Below, piece after piece: positions 12,101-25,247 of a DNA stretch of 64,000 nt (positions are counted from its first letter, which is position 1; each line of letters opens with the position of its first letter). The position numbers were made by a program, and so were the translations under genes. Origin of the DNA: Azolla caroliniana (taxonomy: Eukaryota > Plantae > Polypodiophyta); the NCBI GenBank assembly GCA_043228905.1, contig JBHGNT010000001.1:21514001-21578000 (forward strand), in the 5' to 3' direction. A model generated the notes under the pieces. That model saw only the letters and a list, made by a program, of their open reading frames with translations, was not told the DNA's origin and did no database searches.

Positions 12101-14681
12101 TCCGTTCACAGATGGAGTGTTGGATGCCGTCGCCGGCCATGAGGTCTATAACTTTCTAGACGGATTCAGCGGGTATAATCAGATCCGGATGCACCCCGAC
12201 GACCAAGAGAAAACGGCTTTCGTCACCGAATGGGGGGTGTTTGTGGCCGTGGTGATGATGTTCGGACTCAAAACGACACCGGCAACATTCCAACGAATCA
12301 TCATGGAAATCTTTGGTGAATATATCTTGGCTTTTATGCAGGTTTTCCTTGACGATTTCGCCGTCTATAGCCGGGAAGAGGACCATTTTCAGCACCTCCG
12401 TCTTTGTCTAGAAAAGTGTAGAGCATACCGGCTAAGCTTGAATCCGGCGAAGTGTGTATTTGGCGTGTCCAGTGGAACCCTACTAGGACATATTGTGAGC
12501 AAGGAAGGCATTGCAGTCGACTCGGAAAAAGTGAAAGCCATATTAGAAGCACCGACGCCGGCAACGACAAAGGCATTGAGCTGGTTCTTAGGCCAGATCC
12601 GGTGGCACAGCCGGAGGCTCTGATACTTGGCCGACCTGGCTACACCGTTGCATGCCGCGGTACATCGAACACCATTCTAGTGGACCGACACCGAGGATAG
12701 GGCGTATAGGGCCCTCAAGGTACTATTGTCGCAAGCACGGGTAGTGCAGCCTCCGGATTGGAGTAAAGAATTTCATGTGTTCGTGGACGCCTTCGACATC
12801 GCAATCGGAAGCGCACTGATGCAGCTTACGGAGCCAAAGTGGTACCAACTAGTGTACTATGCCAGCCGAAAGCTATCCCAAGCGGAACGGAACTACTCTA
12901 CCATGGAATGGGAAGCTCTAGGGATGATCTACAGTGTGACAAAGTTTTAGCATTATTTATTGGGAAGAAAGTTTTCCTTCCATGTAGATCATTCGGCACT
13001 CCTCTACCTGGTGTCCAAGGTGTCACTCACCGGTAAGTTAGCTCGGTGGACCTTACTATTACAAGAATTCGAGTTCGAAATATTCCACTGACCCGGTATA
13101 CAGCATGCCGTAGCGGATTATTTAAGCCGACTAGAGTCCGGAGAGACGAGCGACGGAGTAGCGGACGAGTTTCCGAATGCGGAGCTGTTTTGAGTCACTA
13201 CGGAAATGACAGCAGATGAGACGGTGGCACAGGAAGACAAGTGGCTCACAAATATGCACCAGTTTCTGAGCACAGGACTGCCTCCGGAGGAGATGAACCG
13301 GGACGAAAGGAAACACCTGGCGGTGCAAAGCCAACATTTCTGCTTACTGTGAGACACACTTTACCACAAGGGCGCGGACGACATATGGAGACGGGTTGTG
13401 CGCAGCGATGAAAAGGACCTCATACTGAGAGAAGCCCACTGCGGAGTTGCCGGAGGTCACTATGCCGGAGATGCGACGGCCAAGAAAATATGGCAAAGTG
13501 GCCTATGGTGGCCAACTACATTAAGAGATATTGTACGGTACGCAAAAGAATGTGACCTATGCCAGCGAATGGGCCAGACAACGGAGCAAGCACGGATGCC
13601 ACACCAGCCTGTACTACCACTCGAACCATTCCAGAAGTGGGGACTGGACTTTGTTGGACCGTTCAAACCACTGGCAATGAGAACAGGTAATCGGTACGTC
13701 ATCGTCGCGACGGATTACTACACGAAATGGGTGGAGGCCAAAGCCTTAAGAGACAACACTGCTGCGTCAACGACAAAATTTCTATACGAATACATATGGT
13801 GCCGTTACGAATGCCCAATCGAATTAATAAGCGACCAATGGGGGCACTTTCTCGGCCAAGTAGTTGAAAGCCTGACGACATTCTATGCCGTTGTCCATAA
13901 ACGGAGCACACCATATTATCCGCAAGCAAACGGGTTAGCTGAGTCGACGAACAAAACGCTCCAGAATATCCTCCGGAAGATCGTCAACGAAAACCGAACG
14001 GATTGGGATACCAAGCTACATAGCGCGCTTTGGGCATACCGGACAACATACAAAACGAGCATCCGAACAACACCGTTCCGGTTAGCGTTCGGACTAGAGG
14101 CTGTCATGCCGGTGGAATTCCAAGTACCAAGCTTACGGATCCAGCTACGGGAACGGCTGAACGAGAAGGAGTCGGAGGCAATACGGTTAACAACGCTGTG
14201 TGAACTCGAGGAACAACGACTGGCAAGCATCCTGCACTTAGAATTGGAACAACGGCGACGGAAAGCATTTGTCGACCTACATAGGAAAGGAAATGAAAAA
14301 ATGTTCGAAATCGGCAAGCCGGTGTTAGTATTTCAGACCCGGATGGGCAAGATGCCGGGTAAACTACGGTTTAGATGGACCGGCCCGTATTGGTTGACAC
14401 GTGAGTATAATGGGTCCTACCAATTAGGGACACTTGCCGGCGAAGTGCTAGGCAAATGGGTCAACGGATTCAGATTGAAGCCATATAGAGGACCGATGCC
14501 CAAGAACCCATTTGAGCAAAGGACCGACACCGGATTGGGAACCGGTGCGGAAACGACAACCTGTGAGGGAAACGGCAACCACCAAGACGGAGGAGACGGC
14601 AATCCGGTAACTGGGGAGAATGAGGCGACGACAAACCGTAATGAGGCCGGTAAGGGTCCGATAGGACCAACGGACAAGTAA
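9188..14681 (+). pseudogene. gag-pol of element A
   Basis: Gag CCHC knuckles, protease VIDGGSGVN, RT LDGFSGYNQI/FLDDFAV, RNase H and integrase KWGLDFVGP/YYPQANG. Several stops, plus a frameshifting deletion near 10830-10860 relative to B. Confidence 0.93.
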
Positions 14682-15065
14682 CCTCACACTACATTTAAAA
14701 AAAAAAGAAAAAAAAGTGAAGTAATCATGCAAAAGCGAGGTATGAACGGACAAGAGAGCGAGGTGCGAAAAGGTACGTAGTGGGCATTTAAGCGCCGCCA
14801 CAGGACATAATGCTATTTTAGGACACGACGTGCACACGCTCGAAAAAGGCGCCAGAATGCACAGAGAAAAACCACAGCACATGGAGACCTTCTACTTTCG
14901 CGAACCCAGGAGCACAAAAGCACCAAGGCGTTGGAAGATCACCAGACGAGAACCTACGCACAGAGAACCCCCGCTTTCTGAACTCTCTCTCTCTCTCTCT
15001 CTCACTCTCATCACCATCCAACCTCGCCACCACAATCCGACCTCGACACAGACATAGACCCGCAA

Positions 15066-17833
15066 ATGCTGTCGGAAGCCGCCAAGAAATGGCTAAAGCA
15101 ACATGGGCTCGAGGGCTTCTTGACGATTATGGAGGTACCGCCACACAAAGAAGCCGACAAGGTGATCAAAGAAATCGACACAGAGGTCATAACGGCGGAG
15201 GCGATCCGTGCGTTAACAGGCCTTCCGGAGGGAGGCATATTCACGATCGACAATCTGACCTCGGAGCAACTCATCAAGTATTTTGGTGAGTACTCCCTAG
15301 CCAGCAAGGGCTACCGGACACAGGGTGGCGGAGATATGCTGTTCCGCGAGATTGCCCGTGTGCTCCACGAATACGACCATGTGTACCCTAGACCCCCTGT
15401 CATGCCGCAGAACCGGGCAGGGATGATCATTGCCACCTATGAAGGGATCAAGGTGGATTGGTCGGTATTGATCGCAGACGGTTTGTGTGCGGCGATCGAG
15501 ATCGTTAGAGGAAAAGACGGCAAAGAAGGCCGAGAAGGACGGAGGATATGGCACGCAGTAACGCAGTGGCTCACCTTGCTTGTGCCACCCGTCGAGCCCG
15601 TTGAGCCCAAGAAGTGGGGAAGAGTGGCGGACGGCACCCCAAAGACTGCTTCCAAAAGACAATAGTTGTTGGCCTCTACAGCCACTAAGGGGAAGGCGGC
15701 GGACGCAGAACAGGCGGGAAAGGAGAGCACCAGCCGGAAGCGGCCAATGGATGCGCAGGAGGAACCATCGGTACGGCTCGTAAAGATTACACTCCGCCGA
15801 CCGGTGAATAGAGAAGCGAACCCCTTGGCAGCAAACTCAATGCCGGGACTCAGGAAGAGGAAATAGAGGAGGAGCCTACGGAGCACCTCCAGCGACGGTC
15901 GTCGGCAAGGACCGTTGAGGCAGCCAGGAAACGTTCGGACCCTCAGACGGAGGGAACACCGGCTCCCCATACTGAGACTCCCACGCCAAGGGAGGAACCG
16001 GAACCGGTGCGCATGGCACCGGAATCAGAAGCCCTTGCACCACCGGCAGCACCGGCAAGTCCCCTTCCGCCAGAGCCGGAAAGGTCAATGCAGCCTCCCT
16101 TGGCCAACGACGAAGAAGCGCAAGGGGAACCAGGACAACAGGGTTGTCCACGGGCAGAAACGGAATTGCAACTTGGCGCAATCAGGCGGGACCACCCACC
16201 CACAAGCGAGCCCATCCGTCAAACCTCCGTGCAAGCGCAACAACAATGCACCGGTAGCCTGTGGCTCCGGTGTATAGGCGAATAGATTGCCGGAGCAGTG
16301 GGGTATATTGAGGCGGAAGAAAGAGTGCAAAGCGAACGATTGCTCGTCACAACCGAACAACTAGAGACGGCCCGGTCCAGAATCCGGTGCCTTGAAAAAG
16401 ACTTGGATCAAGTCACGGCAGCAACACAAATCCAATCACCGGTGACTCCGGTAAGTGTACAGAATAAAGAAACAGACCAACTTGTACATACTAATAAGAC
16501 CCCGGCAATGGAAACTGTTCCAGAGAGAGATGCGGAGCAAGCCCAGGAGCTTGCGGAATTGAGAGATGAACTTGCCGTACAAGAAGCACTAAGGAGCCGT
16601 GAACGGGAATTGAAGACAGCGGCCGAAGCAGAATTAAAGAAGACTACTGAGAACCTCCGCCGGGCAGAGGAGAGCCTCCGGAAAGGCCATCAAGCGTACG
16701 ACCGATTAAGGGAGGAAAAAGACAAAGTGTTGCAGGAAAAGGACAAGCTGCAAAAGACGGCGGAAACGGAAATTGAACGGCTAAAGGAGGAGCTCCGCCA
16801 ACAGAAGGACCGCGAGGACCGGGCCCGTCGACAGATCAACGTACGACTCAAGCAAAAGACAGATGATTTTGAGCACCTGCATCGGGACTACAAACGGCTG
16901 GAAACGGAGCATAAGGAATGGATGGCCGAGCTCCGACAGGAAGTTGATTAGGCCGCGACGGCGCTCGCCGACGAACGAGCGGAAAATACAACACGGTTGG
17001 ACGAGGCGGAGAAGGTCCGGATGGAGCTCCAGAGTCAGCAGCAGGAAGAAAGGGAGAGAGCGACAACGGTATTGCAAAAATTACAAAGCACATATCAAAG
17101 GCAATTGACGCATTACAAGGAGTAGGCGGAAGACAACGTCAAAATCATCAAGCAATTGAAGGAGGAACGGCAAGCTGCGGAGATCAAATCGCAGATGGGA
17201 ATGGGCCGGATTCAGTGCATCCTCCGGGCATGGCTGAATCAGACAAAACGCTTGATTGACGAAAGCTCCGTAAGATGGTGGACAAAGTGGGCACAAAATA
17301 CGACGAAACTCCAATTGCTACGAGCAGACGTGGAAAACCAGCGGAAGGAAGGAGATGATTGTTACACGTTGACTTCCGAGGACTTCACCGCCATACGGGA
17401 CGAGCTGGCTGAAGACTTCCAAGTCCTGGCGGATGAACAGCTGGTGCAGGTCCGGCAACTCATAGCTCAGCTAGACGATGATAAGCTGGACGCTCAAATC
17501 CAGTTTGAGAGCTACGAGCGGTCCCGGGTTCGGGAAGAAAAAGCACGAGAAGCGGCAACGGTTAACCTTAGTGATGAGGAATCGTCACCGGCCGAGGGCC
17601 AGGCCGGAACCAGTCAACCGGAGACCACTACGATGGAGGGAGCAATGACGGAAATGCTAGTGTTAGAGCAACAAACGGAGGAGCAACCATAACAACCACC
17701 AACGGACCAGTTGCAACAGCCATCAATGGAGCAGCAACAACAGTAGCAGCAACAACAACAACAACAACCAATTCCAGATGAACCATTGGAGACTCTCGAA
17801 CAAAGCATTCTGGATATTTTGGACGAAGAATAG
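15066..17833 (+). pseudogene. 3' extra ORF of element A (globular N-domain, Pro-rich linker, coiled coil, acidic tail)
   Basis: ORF pieces at 15066, 15666, 16007, 16298 and 17156 are collinear with the ORF of B; both end in EQS(I/V)LDIL(D/E)EE*. Confidence 0.85.
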
Positions 17834-17870
17834 CAAGGGTCGGATGGTGGATTCGACGTACAAGGTACTG

Positions 17871-17886
17871 TCCCACGGGCGTGCCA
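17871..17886 (+). promoter_or_regulatory. tRNA-3'-end-like motif (inverted PBS) at the PPT position of element A
   Basis: tcccacgggcgtgcca, then tg, then the 3' LTR. No purine tract is present. Confidence 0.75.
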
Positions 17887-18323
17887 TGTGTTACCGACCG
17901 GCAAAGTGGTCCAGAGTGTGAAACGAAGGAGTTATTTAATTATTAAGGAATGGTTGTAAGTAAGCTATTAGTGTGGACGGACGGACCGGAATCGGTATGC
18001 CGTTCCGGATCCAGACCGATCCCGAACAGGTGCGGATGGCACCGTTTTGTACTACAAACCGGAAACCTATTTAAAGGCCCGGATACAATGTAATGAGCAA
18101 CGGATAATTAATGAAGCTTAGTGTTTTTATCTCTCTATGTTAATTGCCGTTCTGCATTCATTGTTATATCTTACGCGTGTGATTATTAAGGACGATCTTG
18201 CTAAGTAACCTAATTAAGTCGGATTAATCGTTGAGCCTAATCCTCTTGCCGTAACACCCCTTTGGTGAAGTGTCTTCCGTAGACACCCTATGTTAGGCCA
18301 TTGTCCGGCCCTAAGAGTTAACA

Positions 18324-18850
18324 CTCTCCACAAGATTGGTAGTGTCAACATGTCCATAATTGAATAGTTTACCATTTGTGACAATCCAAGATTCACGGTC
18401 TTGAGCAATTACATTAGATATGGCATTATATGATGTCCAAGATTTATCAATGAATATCGCATTTGGCCTTGTCCTAGGCATCCTAGCAAATATGACTTTC
18501 AAGCAAGTTTCTAATGCCACTTGCTCATGATTTGAGCCCTTATCAGAACTACAAATCATATACCATAGTGGGATCCCTATTCCCATGGCATTTGGTGCAA
18601 TATTTGCATATAATGGGAGCCCAAATTGATTAGTTTTAAATGTGGAGTTGATTGCCCAAGAGTTGTTTTGTGACAATCGCTCACACATTTCCAGCATCCA
18701 TTTATCTTGAAGTATCAAGATAAATGGTTGAGCTGGAGACCCATTTGGACCAGGCAAGTAGGGTTGCACATGTGCCACTTTGCCTAGATCTCGAAGTGCA
18801 TAAGCATCTTGCATCATCAATGACCAATCAACTTTTGACAATGAACTACC
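18324..18850 (-). pseudogene. MULE transposase DDE core, degenerate
   Basis: WAINSTFKTNQFGLPLY (first catalytic D changed to N) and PNAIFIDKS. The CxxH-containing segment appears deleted. Confidence 0.8.
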
Positions 18851-19399
18851 ATATATATACCTTCCGGGTTAGGTGATAATGTACAACATATATACCATAT
18901 ATATCTAACATCAATTTTCAAAGAAGCAACATGTCTGATTCATTGTTTATAGCATAATATGCACAAACAAAAGTTACTACAATATGCACAAGAATTTATC
19001 AAAAAGTGTGGCTTTGTATTGACACGTAAAATACAATAAATTGTGGGCAAAATTACATGCTGAAATTTACAATACCTACAAGGCATTCATATTGTCCAAA
19101 ATTGCAAGACAATTGACTTTAATACCGAGAGTACCTACAAGTTTGTTTACACATGCCATATGGCTTTAACAAATGGACCAATATTACGTCTCTAAGATAC
19201 AAGTGTGGCTATTACAATAAACCCAATTACAATACTGAGGGGTATAATAAACATGTACAAGCCATATAGAGGATGGCAGAAAACAGGATCAAGTTACAAG
19301 TTCAGAAACCCAAAACACATCGTGCCCACTTAGCAATTGTAACGCGTAGAAGGTAGACGTCATCATCACTGTATCAATGCTCAGATCCCTACCAAATAG

Positions 19400-20100
19400 G
19401 ATGTATAAGAACCAATAATCGAGGGTGACTATAGAAAATGGAAATAATAAGATACTTACGAAGTTTGGTGATTTGAGGCCATAAGCGAACTCTTCGACAA
19501 ACATACGAATTGTTTGCATTACATAATATCCGCAATCTGTTCCGTTGGGCTGAGTTGGTATATGGATTTATTGTTCTTTAGTGGGACAAACGAGCTCTAT
19601 TATATTTTTGATCAACATTAAAAAAGTGATTGATTGATCATCTCTCTCGTTCGTAGTTGCTGAAGTATCTAGGACTACCTTCCAATGCTTCCTCCTCTTC
19701 CACTATCTTCAACCCTCTTGGAAGCACGGTCCTAACGCCATGTTCCTTCAATAAATATGCCTCCAGATCCACTTTCTTGTGAAACCATCGTGGGTCCTAG
19801 CACGACTTTGCAACTATGCATACTCGATATTTGATCCCCATTGGATCTCGAACACACTTGAACATTTGGAGGGTGTCAACTCCACCTGATTTCACAATGA
19901 CGACAATGTATAAGATGCATTACAAAAAAACATTTTGTATCAACTAGCCTTATCTAAACCCTTACATGATGAAGTCCCATCAGCATTTATCACATTTGTC
20001 GACTCACAGTGGGTCTGTTGGCTTACGATGTCTACACTTTCTAAAGCCCTTGCCTCATCCATATTGTCTTGGGTCTCCATCCATCTTGAATTGTGGTTTT
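19400..20100 (-). pseudogene. Ulp1/peptidase C48-like (SUMO protease) remnant inside the MULE
   Basis: The minus strand reads IPTQPNGTDCGYYVMQTIRMF (~19500-19560) and HWKVVLD (~19670-19690). Frameshifted. Confidence 0.65.
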
Positions 20101-21095
20101 TTTTCCTCCTTCGTACATAAACCTTGCTGCCATTGCTGAAAATAGAACATCTTCATTAAAACATTCGATGACTATAACATATTTTTTGAATGAATTTGAA
20201 TAGTACCTGTCTTCATTGGTTCTTCTTTCACCCCAAAATCCATCCATGTCAAGGAATTGTAAGGATTGATCAGCCATCAATCTAACAATATTATATATTT
20301 GAAAACTGAAAAGCAATTGAAGAATCGTTATGCACCAAGGGAGTTGTGTGTTTTCATAATACTCACTTTCCATCCATCTACAATGCTATCATGCGAAGGA
20401 TGAAATGCTAGAAAGGCCCATTTTCTTACTTAAAAAAACAAAAAAAGGATTTGCTTATGCTCGAAAACTTAAACTGGGGAAATCCAACCAACATTTATTC
20501 ATGTTTCTCCTCTATCTCGTCTTTTGGTTAAGGAATATATACTATAGTTTTTACACAATGACATAATCTTGTATTTCCTCTTATGAGTTCTAGAAACACT
20601 TCTTGAGACAAAGTACATATTATAAGTCAGCAATAATTGGCTAGATATGAACCGACTCATCCTTGATCCTTGATGTATTGACCAAAATATTACTTGACGG
20701 TCTTGATTTATCGTACACCATATGAAAATTGGGGCCCTTAATTACGTAGCCTAAAGAGGGTAGAATTAAGAGAATAACTCTTTAAAAGTAGTGTTAGGAG
20801 AATATCATAGGAGGTTAAGAAGAATGCGAATGAAAATACATATATGGGTGTGTAAGGATCAATGCACATGGAGGAGCTACAATATTAGCTGAGAGCTATG
20901 ATATTATTAGCCATGAGAGGTCACATGTATTAAGCACTTGTTAACTCATATAGAATAGAGCCTTTTGTGTGTTTAGAGAATTTGATGGCAATTACCAACA
21001 TGAGAATTTGATGGCAATCCATTCATCTAAGGCCTTTGAAAATGTCACATGACAAAAAAATTGGATTTGAAAACATCATAGGGCTATGACAAAAA

Positions 21096-21603
21096 AATCT
21101 GTTCCTCATCCATAGCCAAGCAACTCTATAAAATGACCATCCAAAAGCAAAATATACCATCTGTTCTAATTTTTTAGAATAATAATTTATAACTAGTTAT
21201 ATAATCAACCACATATATTTGCTAGTAGATATACGATTTAGAAATAAATAGCATACCAAATGCATAAGAGATGGGGCATAGTTCTTAATGGTGGGAAAGA
21301 CATATGATGATCAATGTTTTTCAATTTTTCAACTAAGATGAAAGATAATATAATCTGTTCCTCATCCATAGCCAAGCAACTCTATAAAATGACCATCCAA
21401 AAGCAAAATATACCATATGTTCTAATTTTTTAGAATAATAATTTATAACTAGTTATATAATCAGCCACATACATTTGCTAGTAGATATACAATTTAGAAA
21501 TAAATAGCATACCAAATGCATAAGAGATGGGGCATAGTTCTTAATGGTAGGAAAGACATATGATGATCAATGTTTTTCAATTTTTCAACTAAGATGAAAG
21601 ATC
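21096..21603. repeat. Tandem duplication of ~256 bp inside the MULE
   Basis: aatctgttcctcatccatagcc...ctaagatgaaagat occurs twice, near-identical. Confidence 0.85.
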
Positions 21604-22225
21604 ATATGCACAGAGTCTTGGATGCCTAATAACGATAGAGAGGCAAAGAGAGAAAAGAGGGAAAGAATGTACCTTACCGTGTATCCAGTAGCTATTATGA
21701 TGTAGGTGCGGGGTTAGCTTTTGGTTTTGATGCACTTGCAGATGCAGGTGTAGGTTTCAAATTTTGAAAATTTGGGGAAAAAGAATTTATGCAAGGTTTT
21801 AATATTGTTGGAGTTGTGCTCGGGTTAAGTTTGAAGGACCGGGCTAGGACAATTGGATTATAAGGCCCGGGTTAGGTGAAAGGACTCCGGGTTAGGATTA
21901 TAGGATCATAAGGCCTGGGTTAGGTGAAGACTTCGGGTTAGGCTTAGATAATTACATTCCCTGAGTTAGGTGATGAGTGGCCGGGTTAGGTAATCAAATG
22001 GCATCGTCACTGCCTGGGTTAGATGTGGCAGGGGCTCGTCAGACCCGGGTTAGGTTTTAAGCGCGCGCTTTTTATAGATAGAGATCGAACGGTGTAGATT
22101 GCACGCGCCATTCACAACGTGTTCTGCACCATCCGTGTCCGAGATTTCCTCACCAAGCCTAATTATTATTTGGTAGCAAATAGAAACGTCGTTTTCATGG
22201 GAGTGGCATGTGTCATACATACATA

Positions 22226-23099
22226 CATAGATTGACCCATGCGTAATATACGTGGTATTCGACATCCGCAATATTCGCGATATTCGAGAATATAAATCAG
22301 CCCCAAGAATATTATAAAACCATTCGTTTACATATACATGTACACACATAAATATATGATATATACATATACATACATACATACATATATGATATATACA
22401 TATTGGTATACATATACACACATACATATATGATATATACATATACATATACACACATACATATATGCGTATACACACACATATATCACTCATATATGTA
22501 TATACACACATACATCAATAATTAATTAACTCACTAATATAATAATTAATTAATTCACTTAAACATTAATTGATTCACTATACATTAATTAATTTACTAA
22601 TACATATCTTAATTCATCAAAAAATTAATTAATTCATTGAAAAGTATTAGTTAATAATTAATAATTAATTAATTAGGGCTTCTCCTAAACTTAGCTAAAC
22701 TTAGGGTTTCAATGAAAGTCTGAGTTTGCAGCAGAGAACAAGATGTAGGATTAGAATAGAGCATGAGAGGGAGTCAAGGACATGGGCTGAAAAGAAAGAA
22801 AACTGTTGAAACTAGGATTATGATAGAAATTAGGGTTTTCAGCCGAAACCCTAATTTCTTGGCCGAGAACAAGATGCAGAGAGAAGCGAGGGCAACACGC
22901 AGAGGGAGTAGGGTGAGGCTTCCTCGCTCGCTGCTCACTGTTTGTTCACTCGCTCACAAGGAAAAAATAGTTTTTTATTTTTTATTTTTTATAAAAAATT
23001 CAAAAAAGAAGAAAAAACAAATACATTTACATGCATTTGTATTCCTATTCGTATGAATTTGTGGGGCAGGCCCCACGAATGCACATATGTCAATCTATG
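22226..23099. mobile_element. hAT-like non-autonomous element with internal AT/AC microsatellite
   Basis: 11-bp TIR catagattgac/gtcaatctatg; 8-bp flanks catacata on both sides, within a CATA microsatellite. Confidence 0.7.
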
Positions 23100-23146
23100 C
23101 ATACATACATACATACATACATACATACATACACATAGAGGCTCAT

Positions 23147-23245
23147 GACTATATACTACCAAATATTGAAGAGGGCAAGTGAGGGAATCACAAGCGCGGA
23201 CAGTGCAGGTCGCACCATTGATGGCGCGTGCGATCTCCACCATCT
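23147..23245 (+). repeat. Fragment of a related MULE TIR
   Basis: Similar to 7012-7104 (ctaccaaat...gtgagg..atggcgcgtg..gat..cacc). Confidence 0.5.
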
Positions 23246-25247
23246 AATGTGGATAAAAAAGCTGACAACGACTGTCACCATGAGCTTGACTCTGTCACAA
23301 GGAGTCTCGTTGTTTGACAGCCTTTGGCCCACTATAGTGCTTTCGGTTCAGCTCCGTTTTTTCTTTTGCCACTTCTACAAGGGCCTTTGCCATAGCGACC
23401 GCTTGAGTGCGTTCCTTCGCCAACTCCTTCGTGATCTTGGTCAGCTCCATCCGGATTTCTTTCATCCTCTCTTGTTGCCCGTCATATTCCAACCCAAGCT
23501 TCTTGTGTTCAGAATCTAGCTGATTGTGGTCTCGATGCAACTTTTCGAAATCCTTCGTTTTTTGTTTAAGGTGCCGGTTGATTTGAGAGTGTGCTAGATC
23601 CTCCCGATCCTTTTTTTGTTGGATTTCTTCCTCCAACCGCTCTATTTCTGTTTCTGCCATTCTTTAGAGTTTATCCTTTTCTTGCAACAATTTTTCTCTT
23701 TCCTCCTTCAACCAGTCGTTATGTGCGTGACTTTCCGAAGATTTTCCTCTAGTTTCTGCTTCTCTTCCTCGATTGTCTGCTTTTGCACTCTCTCTCGTTC
23801 TCGTAATGCTTCCTGAGCTGCGAGTTCTTCCCTTAAGGTTAATATTTCCTTTTCTCGCATTGCATCTTTTTCTGGGGTTGTACTCACCACCGGTTGTGCC
23901 TCCATTTTCGGAGCTTCCTTTTGTAGAGTAGTCGGTGGCACTGGCTCCGTTACTACGCTTGTAGTTTGGCCCCTATTAGCCATGATGGCCGCACATTCTT
24001 TGGCCCTTTTTAATTCTTCATCCAGGCTCCAGATCTGTGCTTGGGCCTTCCCTCATTCTTCGGTTGTGGCTAGCAACCGCTCCGCCTCACTACCGACTTG
24101 CCGTTGTTCTTCCTCCATTTGGTCGGCCACATCGAATACCTTTTCTCCGAGCCATTTCAACCATTGTCCGCAGGTTCCGTGTTGTGTTTGGACAACGAAC
24201 GACTACACTTACTCCGGTCTTGGTTCATGCTCCTCTCTAAACCATTGGGTCAGAGGCTCTAGTGTCCGCTCCGGACGGCGTTCCTCGTGTTGTTGTTCTT
24301 AAAGGCCTCGTGAGGTCTGACTTCCTATAACCGGTTCCTATTGAACCATTGTCACTGCTTCTGGCCTTATTTCCTGCTCTTCCTCCATCCTGGGTTCTAC
24401 CACCACTGACTAGGTCGTCGAGGTGTTGTCCAGCTTCGGACCCGATCCTTCCCCCTACTGCTCCGTGTCACGCTTCCTTGGCCGACGTTGGAGGGTTTCA
24501 GCTGGTTCCTCTTCCTCCGTGGTTTCGGGGTTCACCCTCCGGACCAGGTCGTTCGTGTCCTTGTCCTGTCGGCGCAACTTGATTTTAATTGGTTTGGTTG
24601 TTTTTGCTGGAGCGGGCTCCACCGCCTCCTGTCTCCAGGTCTTCTATGTTTCTTCCCGCTGAGATGCTTCCCCGTTCGTCCATCCGGGGTTGTGCTTTGA
24701 CAGGAGTTGATGCCGTTTGGATACCTTATTCGGTGTGGTTTCCCACCAGGCCTGTTTCTTCTGCTTGATAGTGCGTGTTGGGGGTTCTAATAGGGTTCGC
24801 CATTGTGCTTGTTGGCCGGTCAGAAGAGCAAGGACAAGTGGGAAGGCGGAGTCGGATCGGATAATAGGAAGTAAATAATAGTAGAATTATTATTTGGAGG
24901 GACGGATCCAGTACAGTTGTACCGATCCGGATCCGGACCGATTCGGATGTCGGTTGCCTAAGCGCACCGATTGTAACCTTGCCGGATGCCTATAAAAGGA
25001 TCCGATGATTTGTAAAGGGTTTGACGGAAGTAATACAAAAGTAATTATTGCGTGTTTATCTGTATCTTCGTATTGTTTACCGTCTGTGCTTAATTGTAAT
25101 CATCTTACGCGTGTAACCTAGCATCCAATCCTTACCACCCCTTTGGAGAAGTGTCAGATAGACACCTGTGTTGAGGCTAGTCCGGCCAGGCAGACAACAC
25201 TATTTTGGCGACCACGATTCCTGCAAAGTGCAGAGGACAACCGGGGG

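Larger units (their letters stand above)
8706..18323 (+). mobile_element. Ty3/Gypsy LTR retrotransposon A (non-chromovirus), full span, defective
   Basis: 435-bp LTRs 8706-9140 and 17889-18323 (TG..CA, about 15 substitutions by eye); TSD ctctc; order gag-PR-RT-RH-INT plus a 3' extra ORF. Confidence 0.97.
7006..22192 (-). mobile_element. Mutator-like element (MULE) with long TIRs, interrupted by a MITE and Gypsy element A
   Basis: Inverted termini ~7008-7560 and ~21840-22188 carry subterminal (c)cgggttag repeats. The 9-mer tttcatggg flanks both ends (6997-7005, 22193-22201). Internal MULE/SWIM transposase. Confidence 0.85.

Noticed and set aside
17845-17886. Possible tRNA gene (ggattcga...gcca)
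   Set aside because: No cloverleaf or matching 5' acceptor strand; only the terminal 16 nt are tRNA-like.
8706-18323. Element A actually oriented on the minus strand with antisense gag-pol
   Set aside because: The other end also has a PBS rather than a PPT, and the LTR TATA-like boxes are on the gag-pol strand.
21820-22055. gggttagg repeats as interstitial telomere
   Set aside because: They are spaced subterminal repeats mirrored in the left MULE TIR.
22050-22511. 153-aa ORF rich in C/Y/I/M
   Set aside because: Translation of an AT/AC microsatellite.
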